Assembly: GCA_002269645.1 (NCBI GenBank)
Contig: NIVC01000127.1
Coordinates: 605,626 to 669,625 of the forward strand
Direction of reading: 5' to 3'
Origin: Macrostomum lignano
Taxonomy: Eukaryota
Length of the DNA stretch: 64,000 nt
Below the pieces are notes generated by a model that did no database searches, was not told where the DNA came from, and saw only the letters and a program-made list of their open reading frames with translations. The translations under genes and the position numbers were made by a program. Of this stretch, positions 1 through 12,700 are shown piece by piece (the first letter of the stretch is position 1; each line of letters begins with the position of its first letter).

Positions 1-678
1 GGAATATAATGGATTGCTAATCTATCCAATGTATAGATGAAGGAATATAATGGATTGCTGATCTATTCAATGCATAGATAAAGGAATAGAATGGATTGCT
101 GATCTATTCAATGCATAGATGAAGGAATATAATGGATTGCTAATCTATCCAATGCATAGATGAAGGAATAGAATGGATTGCTAATCTATTCAATGCATAG
201 ATGAAGGAATAGAATGGATTGCTAATCTATTCAATGCATAGATGAAGGAATAGAATGGATTGCTAATCTATTCAATGCATAGATGAAGGAATAGAATGGA
301 TTGCTAATCTATCCAATGCATAGATGAAGGAATAGAATGGATTGCTAATCTATTCAATGCATAGATGAAGGAATAGAATGGATTGCTAATATATCAAATG
401 CATGGATGAAATAATAGAATGGATTGCTAATCTATTCAATGCATAGATGAAGGAATAGAATGGATTGCTAATCTATTCAATGCATAGATGAAGGAATAGA
501 ATGGATTGCTAATCTATCAAATGCATAGATGAAGGAATAGAATGGATTGCTAATCTATCCAATGCATAGATGAAATAATAGAATGGATTGCTAATCTATC
601 CAATGCATAGATGAAGGAATATAATGGATTGCTAATCTATCCAATGCATAGATGAAGGAATATAATAGATTGCTAATC
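1..678. repeat. 41-bp minisatellite (GGAATAGAATGGATTGCTAATCTATTCAATGCATAGATGAA), ~16 copies, probably intronic in the kinase gene
   Basis: Direct tandem periodicity (unit restarts at 42). Shares the core TAGAATGGATTGCTAATCTA with the array at 39970-41945. Confidence 0.95.
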
Positions 679-1282
679 GAGTCAACATGAAAAAAAATAA
701 AATAGATAGCTAACTTTGAAAGGCATAGAAATAAATCACTCAAATTTTGTCGCTCTAAAACCTTCTGTTTCTTTGCTTTGAGTTTCACAATTGTCATAAA
801 TCTTACAGTAGTCAATATCAGTAGACGGTTACTGCCAGGCCCAGATTTAGGGTTGGATTTTTGTGCAGTTTAATTCGCCTCCAATGTGGTTCTTCGCACA
901 GGCTTTTCTTATCTGCTACTGGGGGACGACTTTGTCTGGCTGCGAGACAAATTGTTGCAAATTGGAATGGGATGAAATATGACTATTGGCAGAGTTCAAA
1001 AAAAGGTTTCTCAGGCTACTGATGCCCCCAAGAGTGCAGACAGTGTACATGCCTTACGATTAAGGGGTCCGCTGTCGCCTTGAAAACTCTCCACTCTCTC
1101 CTCACCAGCCTTACACTAGGAGCCTGGTGCCGCAACTTGCATCACCCACACAGTTGAGACCAGAACCGCGGTTTAAATGGCGTCACTTGTGGCTGAGCTC
1201 TGACTAAAGCTGACCACTGGCTTCGGGGGTAAAAACGTGTTGCTGATTTCCCTATAAACAGTCGCTAATATTTTCCATACAG

Positions 1283-4200
1283 CGCGTCCGAAACCTCGGC
1301 CGGCAGCCTGCGGAGCCGCCTGCCGCTGGACTCCACCGGCACGTCAGTCAGCCGGCCTTCGTCCTCGTCGTACCAGTCGGAGCGATCGGCGGAGAGCCCC
1401 GTGCGACGGCCGCCGCCCCTTGGCGGGCAGCGCAAGCAGCTGACGGCTCTGGCACTGGCACCACAGCCGCAGCAGCAGCAGCAGCCTCAGCAACAGCAGC
1501 AGCATAGAGTGGCAGAGTTTCAGTTCGGTATGTTTTGGAACCATTTATGACTATATGGGTGCTCAGCTCGGGTCTTTAATTTCATTTTTATGCTCAAAAC
1601 GTGTCAAGAAGTCCATATAAAAATATCGAAATCTTATTCTAAATCGATCGCATCGAAACCGCCCACCCACAGATGAGTCCGAGTACGACATCGTGCATAG
1701 CAACGCGGTGGAGACCACCGAGATGACGCCCTTTTATCCGCAGCCCCGACTGCGTCTCTCCCGACGCAGTGCCGGCGGCGGCGGCGGCAGCAGCGGCGTC
1801 TGCGCTGACTGCGGAGACGACTGCGAGTGCGACAGCTGCTCGCTGATCTCCTCCACTGGAGCTGCCAGCTGCCGGTCGCGAAAGAGCCGCAAATCCTCCA
1901 TCGCGTCAACTTCGAGAGCTCGGCGCGAGATGCGCAAGTCAGCGGCCGCAGCGGCAGCGGCCGGATCAGAGGCTGCTCATTCAGGGGTCGTCGGCATGAC
2001 GGTCGCTTCGGCAGCGACGGCCTCTTCTGACGTTGCTTCACCACCAGCTGCGAACCTCTTCTCCAACATCCGCGGCCTCTTCACCAAGTGGCTCCGCGAG
2101 ACCAAAGCCTCCTCTGCCGCGGCTGCAACGACAGCCAGTTCCGCTGAAGGTCACAACGGTGTCGCAAACGGCGCCTGCGGCGGGGCCGGTAGGGGCGGAA
2201 AGGCGCAGTACTTGAACATCGCCTGCCCGCAGTTCCCGCAGGAGTGCAGCAACTCGGACCTGCAGCACGCGCACAATGTCATGAACATGAGCAGCAGCTT
2301 TGACAGCGACTATCTGCTGCACTGCTACACCAGCCCGTCGGCCTGCTCGTCCGCCGCCTCCGATCTGCCATCGACGCCGTGCCGCACCGAGGACGGCGAC
2401 GCTGCCGGGGCCTTCACCATCGGCGGTGGAAGCGGCTGCGCCAGTGGAAGCAGCAACGGCTTCGGCACCTTCGACAGCGGCCGCGACGGTGGAGCCTCCT
2501 CGTCCATTGTTGACGGATTCGTCAACTGGGGCGTCCAGCTCGACTACGACCTGCTGCAGCGGAGGAACCCGCGTCAGGCCGCCCGCCGGATGCTTGACGC
2601 CGCGACCACCGCGCGTAGCTGGAGTCTTCAGTCGCAGGCAGGCAGCGGCGGCGGGCAGGAGCGGAAGGGCCAGCTGCTGCTCTGCTCCACCTGGCCGCCA
2701 AGCGGTTGGCGACTGGCTGCGCTTAGCAGCGGTGAGAGTCGCCATTGGATGCAATTTTTGCACCCCTAGGCTGCAGGCAACTGGTTGTCCGACTGACTGA
2801 TGGAACGGACTGCTCTGAATTTTTTTTTGCCTTCCGGGGCTTCAGCCTTCACCGCTTTTTGCCCAATTATTGAACGGTGCTGCTTAGAGACAGGGATTTT
2901 GTGTTCCACTACAGCATTTGCATAGGCATCAAACGGAGTGTTTGAGCAGTCTTTTTAGTACCGTTGGAGCCTCGCAATCCGTGGTAAAGCCTACGATTAT
3001 AAAGACCCAGGGAAACAGAAACCTTTTCCTCCGCCTAACCTCCCTCTCCGAGAGCAAGCAGGTACACACTGGAGTAGTTGTATATTGTGCTTGTGCTTCT
3101 TCACGTAAGACCTGTTTACTTGTTTACTGGACCCTATTGTTTCCGAGGATATCTTAATAGCAAAGTTACCAAGTTTTCCTTGTTTTAGGCTATAGACAGG
3201 AGGGGGTTGCAGCCTAGTGGTTAGAGCGTCGGACTCACGACTGTAAGGTCGGGGGTTCGATTCTCGACCCTCGGAACAATTTGTGTCCTAAATCAAGACA
3301 CTTGACTCTGCACTGCTTCATTTCACCCAGCTGAAAAAATGGGTGCCAGCATTAGCTGGGGTAATTGAGGGTGTGTGTTGCCAGTGGCGACCCCCCCAGT
3401 CCTTGGACTGAACAGCCGTACGCAGCCTTCAGATGCGCCGCGCGATAGCTGCGGCTGAGCTGTCGGTTGCACATCTGGCCATTAGGGCAGGTGTACTTAA
3501 TAAATTATATTAATTATTATGCCATAGACAAAAAATTCAACCTTACCAGTGCATCAATCAGCTGATATCGGTCATCGGTCATCGGCCCTAGTTCTCAATC
3601 GTCTTCAAAGCTAAAGATCTTTAAGGGGTTGTGAACTTTTAATTCTGGGCAGACTATTATATTAAAGCAGAGCCAGGGACAGGTGCGATCCCCGATCCTG
3701 TCAATCTCAGGATCAAGTCTAGCGTGAGTGCCTGCAGCCAGGATTAGTCATGCAGCTCTCTACGAGTGCACTGCAGCTCAACTGTTGCCTGATCGGAAAT
3801 CCCCCAAAACCACCCCCACAATTACAGAAGAGGAGGACTGCTCAACGGGCGGCGGCGCTGCCTGCTTCCAAGTTGTTGATAGCGTGGTTCAAAACAGCCG
3901 AGGAAGGTAAAGTATAATGCCGGGATCAACAGGAATCCAAGTGTCCCATTGTTCTCCAACTGTGCGCCTACTATATTCAGCCGGTGTCCCGCTGTCAACA
4001 GAAAACAAATCTATTTACTCACAGCGACTACAGAGAAGGATAATAAAATTAGCTAAGCCTCTTTTTCCCAGCGACTCACGTCGACTGAAGACGTCATAGC
4101 AATTATTGAGTCTCATATTTTGTTGAAAATAAATCAATCTTTTGGAGTTTGTAAGTGCATGAGCTTTATTGTCTGTTGTCTCCGCGTCTCCCTTGTCCCG

Positions 4201-7200
4201 GACCGGCCCTTTCTGCTTTGGGGCAGGGGAATTGGGAATCGGTTTCTTGTCCAAGCCAGTTTTTATCGATTGATTTCCTTCTCTCTCTCCCATGCCACTC
4301 ACCCTTTTGGCTGGGCTGATTTGCACCTCCTACCGGCGCTGCCCTGGCGGCTCCCTGGAACTCCCCTATCTGTGGAGCCAAATTATCGCGCTTTCAATCC
4401 CTGGATCGGACTCTTGCTGGCTTGCCTGGATCCCGCAGCAGCAGCAGTGACCGGCCTGGGAGGCCTAGGTGCGGGGGAGTGGAAAGAAACCGAACAAAAC
4501 TTCTCGAATCATGTGACAGCGTGGGCGTTTTCTCTGCTCGACTTTTCAAAGTTTTAATGCTTTTTTATTTTCAAAAAGTACAAATCGCCTAAACCCGATT
4601 TCGATTCTCTTTCAGCTTCGAAATCAAGGAGTTCGAATTTAACATTCCCTATGACGGCATCGTGTTTCAAGACTGCTTAGCCAAGGGCAGGAGGCGCAAA
4701 GTGTTCAGGTTGGAGTGGGCACTTGACTTTGACTTTTACGTGTACACTTCACATATCAGCTTAACGATGGGGGTTGTAGCCTAGTGGTTAGAGCGTCGGG
4801 GGTTCGATTCTTAACCTACTTGGAACAATTTGTGTAACCGCTTAACTCTGCACTATTTCAGCTCACCTAGCTGTAAAATGGGTGCCAGCATTAGCTGGGG
4901 TAATTGAGGGTGTGTGTGGTGACCCCCCCCCCCCAGTCATTGGACTGAACAGCCGTACGCAGCCTTCAGATGCGCCGCGCGATAGCTGCGGCTGAGCTGT
5001 CAGTTGCACATCTGGCCCATACAATATGAATTTTATTGTTTAAAAAACGTGGAGGAGGAACAAAATAATAATCTAATTTATAGTCATTTTTAGACATTTT
5101 AAGGATTTTTGGTGAGGACATCTATAAAAACTTATAAAAAATTTTTAGTTAAAATATTTTTAAAGAAATAAGTTTTTCTACTTAGCTAAGTCAAAAATTG
5201 GCGTGAGTTATCTCTAGCGACTCAGAAGTGTAAGCTCCAAATCTCGTATGCTCAAATCTCATGAGCTCAAAACTTCATATCTGTTTAGTTTTTTTCAGTT
5301 CAAGCAGTGACCGACATTTCAGCTGTCAACCCTGATCCAAACTGACAAATCCCGCAACTCCACGCATTCGCAGGGGTCAGTGGCACGGTGACGTCACGAT
5401 TCACACCTACGAGAATCTTGACTGCAAGGAGCGCAGCAAGTTCTGGGAGGAGGTGGCCAAGCTCAGCCTCATCAGGCACGAGAACATCTTCCTGTTCATG
5501 GGCGCGTCGATGGACCCGCCGACGTCGCGTTTCGCCGTGGTCACCTGCCAGCGTAAGGGCCAGTCTCTCTACGACCGGGTGCACCTGCACCCCAGGGAGA
5601 AGCTGGGCTCAGCCGGCAAGCTGTCAATCATTCGCGACCTGGCGCAGGCGGCCGGCTACCTGCACGCTAAAGGCATTTTAATCAGGCGTTTCAATTCGCA
5701 CAACGTCTTTCTTGAGCCGCGAGCCAAACTGTCGCTGCAGGACTACTCTGTGATCGCAGAGGAAGAGGAGGACAGGTAAGAAGTCAATTAGATGGATACT
5801 CAATATGCGCTTGTATCAAGGACTAATCAAGTGGCAGAATGGTAAAACAACATTTCTTAGAAAATTTTAGAAGGAAGGTTTTACCGAAAAAAACATTATG
5901 GAGTTTTAATTTTTTCAGCACAAAAATTGTTATTGCTTTGAATAGGAGGCAGGCCCAGCTTCTTATAGCTCTATGGATATTCATAAAGCTTTTCGTTTAG
6001 AAAATTAGTGCTCTGTGTTAATTTTATATCCTACTTTCATTCGTACATGCATATTGTGCCTAAAAGAATCATAAAAATGGCACAGCTCGTCTCATTGACG
6101 TTATGAATCTTTTTATCATTCTTAGCTCAATGACTGAGTAACAAAATTTGAAACAGAATGAATGATCAAATAGTTTAATAAACTCAAAGAGTCAAGTTGT
6201 GCCAGTTTTTTATTATTTAGGCATGGGACATGTCGGAGGATATGAACTTATCATAGAATCCTAATTTTCTAAACGAAAAGCCTTAATTGTGAATATCAAT
6301 AGAGCTATAACAAAGGCAAGACATATCGAAAGATGAGCACTGGGTCTCTCTTTTATCAAGAGCCATAGCAGTTTTTGTGCTAAAAAAATGAAAACCTATC
6401 TCCGTAATGTTTTTTCGGTAAAACCAGCAACCCGCCTACTAAAATTTTCTAAGAAACGTAGTTTCCTATCCTACTTTAGTAGTCCTTGGCTCGTATAAGT
6501 AACAGTTGACGGTGACATTTTTAACCAAATATCTTGATAAAATTTTGAGTCAACCTCGGGGAAAAACTTCATAATTTCGCCAACAATTTATTCTGCAGTG
6601 CCCTATTTCTATTGTCATCTCCTGCAGAGAAGTTGCCACATTCAGAGTGAGTTGCCAAGGAACTTGAGCATAAGCCACGAAGTTAGCAAGAAACTCTTGG
6701 GAGACCATGTCGTTTAATGCTGTACGCAGCCACGCACTCATACACACGCTCACTCCGGGTGTACATCGGCCCTGACTTTCTAATCGTCAGACATGCACAC
6801 TCTTGTGTGCCTTGGGGGCTGGCGTTCATGGCTGCGAATCGCAGCACAACCTCTCTGGACCAATTTTCGTTCACAAGCCCGAAATGAATGGCCACGCGAG
6901 TGCGGAATCGAACCAGTGTCGTTGGAGTGTCGTTATTCAGATAATCCACTTGTCTCCTATGGCTCATGCTTGGATTTTTAGGTGCAGATAACTTAACGTG
7001 ACTTGATGACTTGCAGATAACTCGATAACTTGTATTGGATAACTAATCAAGCCTGAGTCACAGAAAAAAACGCCTGTAAATCTCGTCCATCATCATATTT
7101 TCTGCTTGCAAGCATCCAATGTCTCGTTTACTCGAGATTTTCGAACTAATCGTGACAAGCAAATAACGCAACAAAAAACGGTGAATAAAATTCTCTGGCA

Positions 7201-10200
7201 ATCGGGCTTTCCCGACCGAAGTGAGTGAGTGACAGAATGGCTGGCATCGCTAGGTATATAATTCATGCAAGTTATTCAAGTTAGCTACAGTTTCAAACAA
7301 GTTACCTGCTGGCATGACCGCGTTGATTTTAGCAGTAAAAATCGATCAAATTATCCCCCAATTTTCAGCCAATTTTCTAATACTGCGACGTCAAATTCTA
7401 AAATTAAGTTTTATAGTCGCTAGACTAGATTAATCGGCTAAATTAATTTGGTCTGGCTTGGCATCGCAGCATTCTAAACTGATTGAAGAAAGAGGCTTGC
7501 AGTGTACTGTCAGTGTCCCGGCTGTTATGAATCTGAAATTCACGCGGGCGGCGCCCTCAGCGGGTGGTGAAGCCGCGGAGCAGCCTCTCGCGGAAGCTGC
7601 CCAGCCGCCGGTAGGCTCTCTGGCAGCAGCCGTGCGGCCAGGGCAGCCGAAACTCGCACGGCAGCCGGCCCGGCACGCCGGCCTCGAAGAATTCGAATGC
7701 GCGATACCACCAGACCTGGGCGAGGTGGCTGCTCCGCCGTTCCGCAGCGGGGCACCTGGCCAAGGCGTGGTACACGAGGAACAGGCGGCTGGCCAGCCAG
7801 TAGCCGATGATCAGGTCCACCGTGTAGTGGGCGTGCGAGGACAGCAGCAGCATGAAGCTGATCAGACAGGTGATGAGGCTCGCCCAGCGAAGCGGACTGG
7901 CTGACGCAGGAGTATACTCCCTGATGGTCAGGTAGGACAGGGTGAGGCTGGCCGTGTGCCCCGAAAAGATGGAGTCGCCGCAGATGTTGTGCGTGTTGCT
8001 AACCGAGAAGCCGGCGCCCATGGCTATGCGGCTAACTCGGCCGTAGATCTCGGCGAAGTTCAGGCTGGAGTTGGAGCGCGGCCCGCAGTGCCGTCGGGCG
8101 TTCGGGTCGGGCATGGCGGTCACGGCGATGGTCACGGAGCGATAGAGGAACACAATGGCCAGTATGAAGCCGGTCCTGCGCAGCAGCACCCAACGGTGTC
8201 TGTGGGCCAAGCACAGGGCCAGCGCGGTGCTCATGTTCAATAGTAGCAGGGCCTCGCAGGCCATCAGGGCCCAGTCGCTGCGCGGCACAAGTCTGAGGCT
8301 GACGTCCGGCAGCGGCGGGTACTCGGGCACGTAGTCGTGCACGTACGCCAGGCTGATGGCGGTCAGCAGCATGCCGCCGCCCATGCATGCCAGGGCTAGC
8401 AGGGTTTTCCAGCATGCAGTCGGCACTGCAACGCTTCCTGCAACACTGCTGCCGCTGCCGCCGCCAGCGCTGCCGCCGACGCCGCTTCGTTCGTTGATTT
8501 CAATTTCAGCGTCACCAACGGCTGCCGTCTCCGGGATGCTGCAGTCGCCACCCTGTTGCGGCATCAGCTGATGCTGCTGGTGACTGTGCGGCGGACAATC
8601 CGGGTCAGCGAACTCCAGGCGGCGTCGCGGCATGTCCGCGCTGATCCGGTGATCCACTGAGGAATCCATGGTGTCGAGAAATTGATTACCCGTCTGTTGA
8701 TTCTGAGTTTCCGAGGTAGCGAAGAAAAACAGCCAACTCTCTTCAGTGGTCAGAATTTTCAAACGAAATTGAGAGGTTTTGCGAGTTGGAGCAACTTTAG
8801 CTAAAGATCCAAGTGAGAGAGTGGGTTTCAGCCATAGACAATTGATTGGTTCAACTATATCGATGTCGATCTTGTTGTTTACTAAAATATGTTTGATTCA
8901 TTGGACTTCACGAACTTCTGCATGCTGAATTTAACCTTCAAAATGCAACTTTGTTTTACTTGGATCATCGAGCCTAAAGCTAAAGTGAATACGCATTCTT
9001 CATACGCTGATTTTCAGGCCAGGCTATTTGGTGGTACCGGCGTCTCTGGTCTGGTACACGCCGCCAGAGATTCTCACTCAGCTGGCGGACAAAACGTCTT
9101 CTATTCCTGATTCGGCATTCACTACAGCGTCCGATGTGTTTGCATTTAGGTAGGCGGGTGAGGCTTTTGGATGGGCCAGGTGCGGGAGTGAGGTGGCTGC
9201 AAGAGTTCAAAGGGGAGAGAGAGGCGAGAGGCGGGGAGTGAGGTGGCTGCAAGAGTTTAAAGGGGGGAGGCGGGGAGTGAGGTGGCTGCAAAACTTGGAA
9301 AGTGACCTTAAAGGAAGGTATCTCAGGTTTCTCTTTAACTTTAATATGTATATGTATATAGCCAGCTATCGACTTGCTATTTGATTCGGGCCTGGCTATC
9401 TAACAAGTAGATAGGGGCTGTTATCCATGGAGACGCAAATGCAAGCCACTACCTCTCTTCTCGCCCCAGCGTGATCATGTACGAGGTGTGCGCCGGCCGC
9501 TATCCGTACGCCAAATGCGACAGGCGCCAGTACATGGAGAATGTCTGCCAAGGCAGGCGCGACACAGTGCAGGATATCCGGGTGTCGGACATCATTAAGG
9601 TGAGGCTGCTCAGTGTGCTTATAGTTAAAAACGACTAGTCGTTCTTAGTAATAGGTTAGTTGTTTGTAGTGACATTAAATACTTCGACCCTGAATCCACC
9701 AAAAAAAACTGCAAAACTCGCGCAGAACCTCATCACGGAATGCTGGAGCCATGACCCTCTGTACAGGCCGGAGTTCAGCCAAATCAATGCAGCGCTGCAT
9801 AATCGGGTAAGTGCGTGTGTTCTGGAAATTTCTGAAGTTTATTTTTACAAACCAAAAAATAGTCTATGGTAATGGGTGGGGGCCGTAGCCCAGTGGTCTA
9901 GCGGGGCGCTTTTTTGTGCCAGCGGCCCAGGCTCGATTCCAAGTGCAGTCACATTAATTTGGGGCTAAATTGGAATCTCGTCTTGGCTCTGCTCGTGCAA
10001 TTAACGCCCTTGAGGGCCAACCTCCCAGGCACAGTGAAGTGTACAAGACTAACGATAAATGGAGCTAGGGTCGCTGTACATTCCCGTGTGTGTGCCTGTG
10101 CGTTTGACTGCGTATGTATCCGCGCACTTGTGTGCCTGCTCAGGGGAGTCGGCGGAATGGGCAGTAATGCCTCTCGCCGGTTGTGTGACAATGTCGCTTA

Positions 10201-10730
10201 AAGAGCGCCAGGTGCACACAGCCACTGCCTCTAACTAAACTGTAAACCTATGGTAGTGGGTGGGTGCACCTCTCTGCGCCCCCGTCTTTCTCTTAGAGTG
10301 TAGCTTAGGCAAAATGTCTATAATACAATATCGGTGATATTTATGCTTTAAGGTGTTAATATGCTGCATATTACAGCGTATTGTTGTATTAAAATTGCAT
10401 ATTATTATAGATAGTATTGAGAGACGTTATCTTTAAAAGGACCTACTCACAACCTTATCAGCGATCAAGGCTATTACAATAACACCGATTAGGAGATCTA
10501 TTTAAATGATAAGGTGTGAATCTGCACGCACAACTTGTCCAAGATGAATGCGGGCTGTAGCTAAAATAGAATACTATATATTAGGTGCATACTGACCGTG
10601 TAGATCTTACAGCTCACTATTTGCAAGACAAAGTAAACCGGCATTGCAGGAGACCAGCCACTTGTGGCACAGCTCGTCCGAACCGGAGAATCTGCACAGA
10701 CTGCAGTTCGCCAGGAATGGATTCGTCTAA
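1283..10730 (+). CDS. KSR/RAF-family pseudokinase (KSR3-like), 5'-partial; exons 1283-1527, 1673-2731, 3828-3906, 4616-4708, 5374-5775, 9018-9149, 9470-9599, 9726-9806, 10650-10730
   Basis: All introns are GT-AG with compatible phases. The spliced kinase domain reads EFNIPYDGIVFQDCLAKGRRRKVFRGQWHGDVTIH...IRHENIFLFMGA...YLHAKGILIRRFNSHNVF...LQDYS...WYTPPEIL...SDVFAFSVIMYEV...CWSHDPLYRPEFSQI...HSSSEPENLHR*. This matches the KSR motifs WHG.V, RHEN..LFMGA, LHAKGI and SDVFA. Confidence 0.88.
3202..3505 (+). mobile_element. tRNA-derived SINE family A (CORE-like central domain), copy 1
   Basis: A-box-like TAGCCTAGTGGTTAGAGCG and B-box GGTTCGATTC. Near-identical body at 4769-5017 and 25309-25600. 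Confidence 0.8.
4769..5017 (+). mobile_element. SINE family A, copy 2 (deletion in the tRNA head)
   Basis: Shares GCCAGCATTAGCTGGGGTAATTGAGGGTGTGTG...GCACATCTGGCC with copies 1 and 3. Confidence 0.8.
5850..6460. mobile_element. Foldback/MITE-like element with long imperfect inverted arms (~5850-6090 and ~6190-6460)
   Basis: TTTCTTAGAAAATTTTAG...GGTTTTACCGAAAAAAACATT...AGCACAAAAA...TATAGCTCTAT...GCTTTTCGTTTAGAAAATTAG recurs as its reverse complement in the right arm. Confidence 0.7.
7557..8669 (-). CDS. Sphingomyelin synthase family protein (SMS / phosphatidylcholine:ceramide phosphocholine transferase-like), single exon, ~370 aa, nested antisense in a kinase intron
   Basis: Catalytic motifs CGDSIFSGHT and HYTVDLIIGYW, multiple hydrophobic segments, and PLPD and HRW..LRR motifs. 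The likely ATG is at 8669 (MDSSVDH); the ORF track extends it to a TTG at 8762. Confidence 0.93.
   Translation of the reverse strand: MDSSVDHRISADMPRRRLEFADPDCPPHSHQQHQLMPQQGGDCSIPETAAVGDAEIEINERSGVGGSAGGGSGSSVAGSVAVPTACWKTLLALACMGGGMLLTAISLAYVHDYVPEYPPLPDVSLRLVPRSDWALMACEALLLLNMSTALALCLAHRHRWVLLRRTGFILAIVFLYRSVTIAVTAMPDPNARRHCGPRSNSSLNFAEIYGRVSRIAMGAGFSVSNTHNICGDSIFSGHTASLTLSYLTIREYTPASASPLRWASLITCLISFMLLLSSHAHYTVDLIIGYWLASRLFLVYHALARCPAAERRSSHLAQVWWYRAFEFFEAGVPGRLPCEFRLPWPHGCCQRAYRRLGSFRERLLRGFTTR
9878..10240 (+). mobile_element. tRNA-derived SINE family B, copy 1
   Basis: Head GGGGCCGTAGCCCAGTGGTCTAGCG...GGCTCGATTCC. Full-length reverse-complement copy at 27872-28233; more diverged relatives near 6720-6920 and 37415-37530. 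Confidence 0.78.
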
Positions 10731-10892
10731 TAATTACGAGTAGCTGTCATATGCGCTACAAATTGATTAACTGTTTTTTATCCACTAGTTGTAGTATGCT
10801 ATGCACTTTACAAGCTTAATGTACACGATCATTCGCTTAATATAATCGCGCATTCATATGGAAAGAGTGATGTGATTTGAAGTGTGAAGAAG

Positions 10893-11325
10893 ACAGAGGG
10901 ACAGGGAGTGAGGTGGTTGGAAGTTGAAATGGGCAGAGGGACAGGGAGTGAGGTGATTGGAAGTTGAAATGGGCAGAGGGACAGGGAGTGAGGTGATTGG
11001 AAGTTGAAATGGGCAGAGGGACAGGGAGTGAGGTGGTTGGAAGTTGAAGTGGACAGAGGGACAGGGAGTGAGGTGGTTGGAAGTTAAAATGGGCAGAGGG
11101 ACAGGGAGTGAGGTGGTTGGAAGTTAAAATGGGCAGAGGGACAGGGAGTGAGGTGGTTGGAAGTTAAAATGGGCAGAGGGACAGGGAGTGAGGTGGTTGG
11201 AAGTTGTAGTGGGCAGAGGGACAGGGAGTGAGGTGGTTGGAAGTTGAAGTGGACAGAGGCGCAGGGAGTGAGGGGGTTGAAAGTTAAAATGGGCAGAGGG
11301 GCAGGGAGTGAGGTGGTTAGAAGCA
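10893..11325. repeat. 40-bp minisatellite (GGGCAGAGGGACAGGGAGTGAGGTGGTTGGAAGTTGAAAT), ~11 copies
   Basis: Direct periodicity (units at 10931, 10971 and so on). A related short array lies at ~9185-9290. Confidence 0.93.
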
Positions 11326-12271
11326 TAAAGAAGGGTTTGAGAGGTACCAGCTACCCGCAGCATAAAAGCTCTGGTTGTCCCAAAATTTTCACCTTTTGCT
11401 GAAAGACAACTCTTGGCTTCGAGGTCTTAAATAAGCGCATTTTCCACAAAAAGCTATAAAATATTTTCTTAGTCATTCAAGCGTTGCGCAATCTTTAATT
11501 GAGATGGTTGAAATGCGATTGTTTGCTTAACTACTATTTTTCATACACTTGGCTACTACTTGAATATTATAAAAATTTTTTCACACTAAATGCGAGCATA
11601 CTGTTCCACACTGCGAGCTCAGACTCCCAAAATGAGTTCTCTTGCACTGTACATCTCTTGTACAGATTGTGATTAACTACATTTTTTAGTAAATCTAATT
11701 TGGTTACAAGTGCCAGCTCAGCTCATTGACTTTGAGCTGTTGTGCTTCCAATATAGCGAGTCGCGAGAACGTGCTCCTGTCAGCTGCAACACGCTCGACA
11801 CGCTTGTCTATGCATCAGCAGTACAATAGCTTCCAGAACAGTTTCCACTATTGCCTTCCTATTCGTTTTGCTTTAATATACTGGATAGAAAACATATTTT
11901 AAGGCTGGTACAACAGTTCCATTTTAGATTGTAAGCAAATCAGCATTGATGGTCAACTGCCAGCAGGATGACCTTCCCCTTTGCACCTCGCAGCATCAGC
12001 TAACATCTTTCGTGAAAGCACCCCTGCACAACTGCTACAGAATGCTGAAGTTTAATATTTTTGCACCAAAATGTTAAATAAATTTTATTGATGCCGTTGC
12101 ACTGAAGTTTTTCCACTTTTTCTTTCACTGAAATTTGTTCTTTCCGCCACTGTCTACTTAAAAACGTAATTTCTTGTGTTGGTTTATGGAAGGTTGCACT
12201 TTTGACGCTGGTCTAATAAATATTCCATATCACGCCCTGTACGATCCTTGATTACCGCATGTTATAACTCC

Positions 12272-12700
12272 AATCAGAGTAATTATCGGGGATTACGCCC
12301 CAATTAAAGTAATTATCAGAGATTACACCCCGAATCAGAGTAATTATCCGAGATTACACCCCAATTAAAGTAATTATCAGAGATTACATCCCGAATCAGA
12401 GTAATTATCAGAGATTACATCCCGAATCAGAGTAATTATCCGAGATTACAACCCAATTAAAGTAATTATCAGAGATTACACCCCGAATCAGAGTAATTAT
12501 CCGAGATTACACCCCAATTAAAGTAATTATCAGAGATTACATCCCGAATCAGAGTAATTATCAGAGATTACATCCCGAATCAGAGTAATTATCAGAGATT
12601 ACATCCCGAATCAGAGTAATTATCCGAGATTACAACCCAAAACAGAGTAATTATCCGAGATTACAACCCAAAACAGAGTAATTATCCGAGATTACACCCT
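12272..12700. repeat. 31-bp minisatellite (ACATCCCGAATCAGAGTAATTATCAGAGATT), ~14 copies
   Basis: Direct tandem periodicity. Confidence 0.93.

Noticed and set aside
2038-2763. Antisense and alternative-frame ORFs over GC-rich exons (also 14146-14826, 56322-57086, 63339-63786)
   Set aside because: Shadow ORFs expected from high-GC3 codon usage in the real genes.
3202-3275. Functional tRNA gene (also at 4769, 9878, 25309, 28233)
   Set aside because: A- and B-boxes are present, but there is no pairing acceptor stem and the heads continue into shared SINE bodies.
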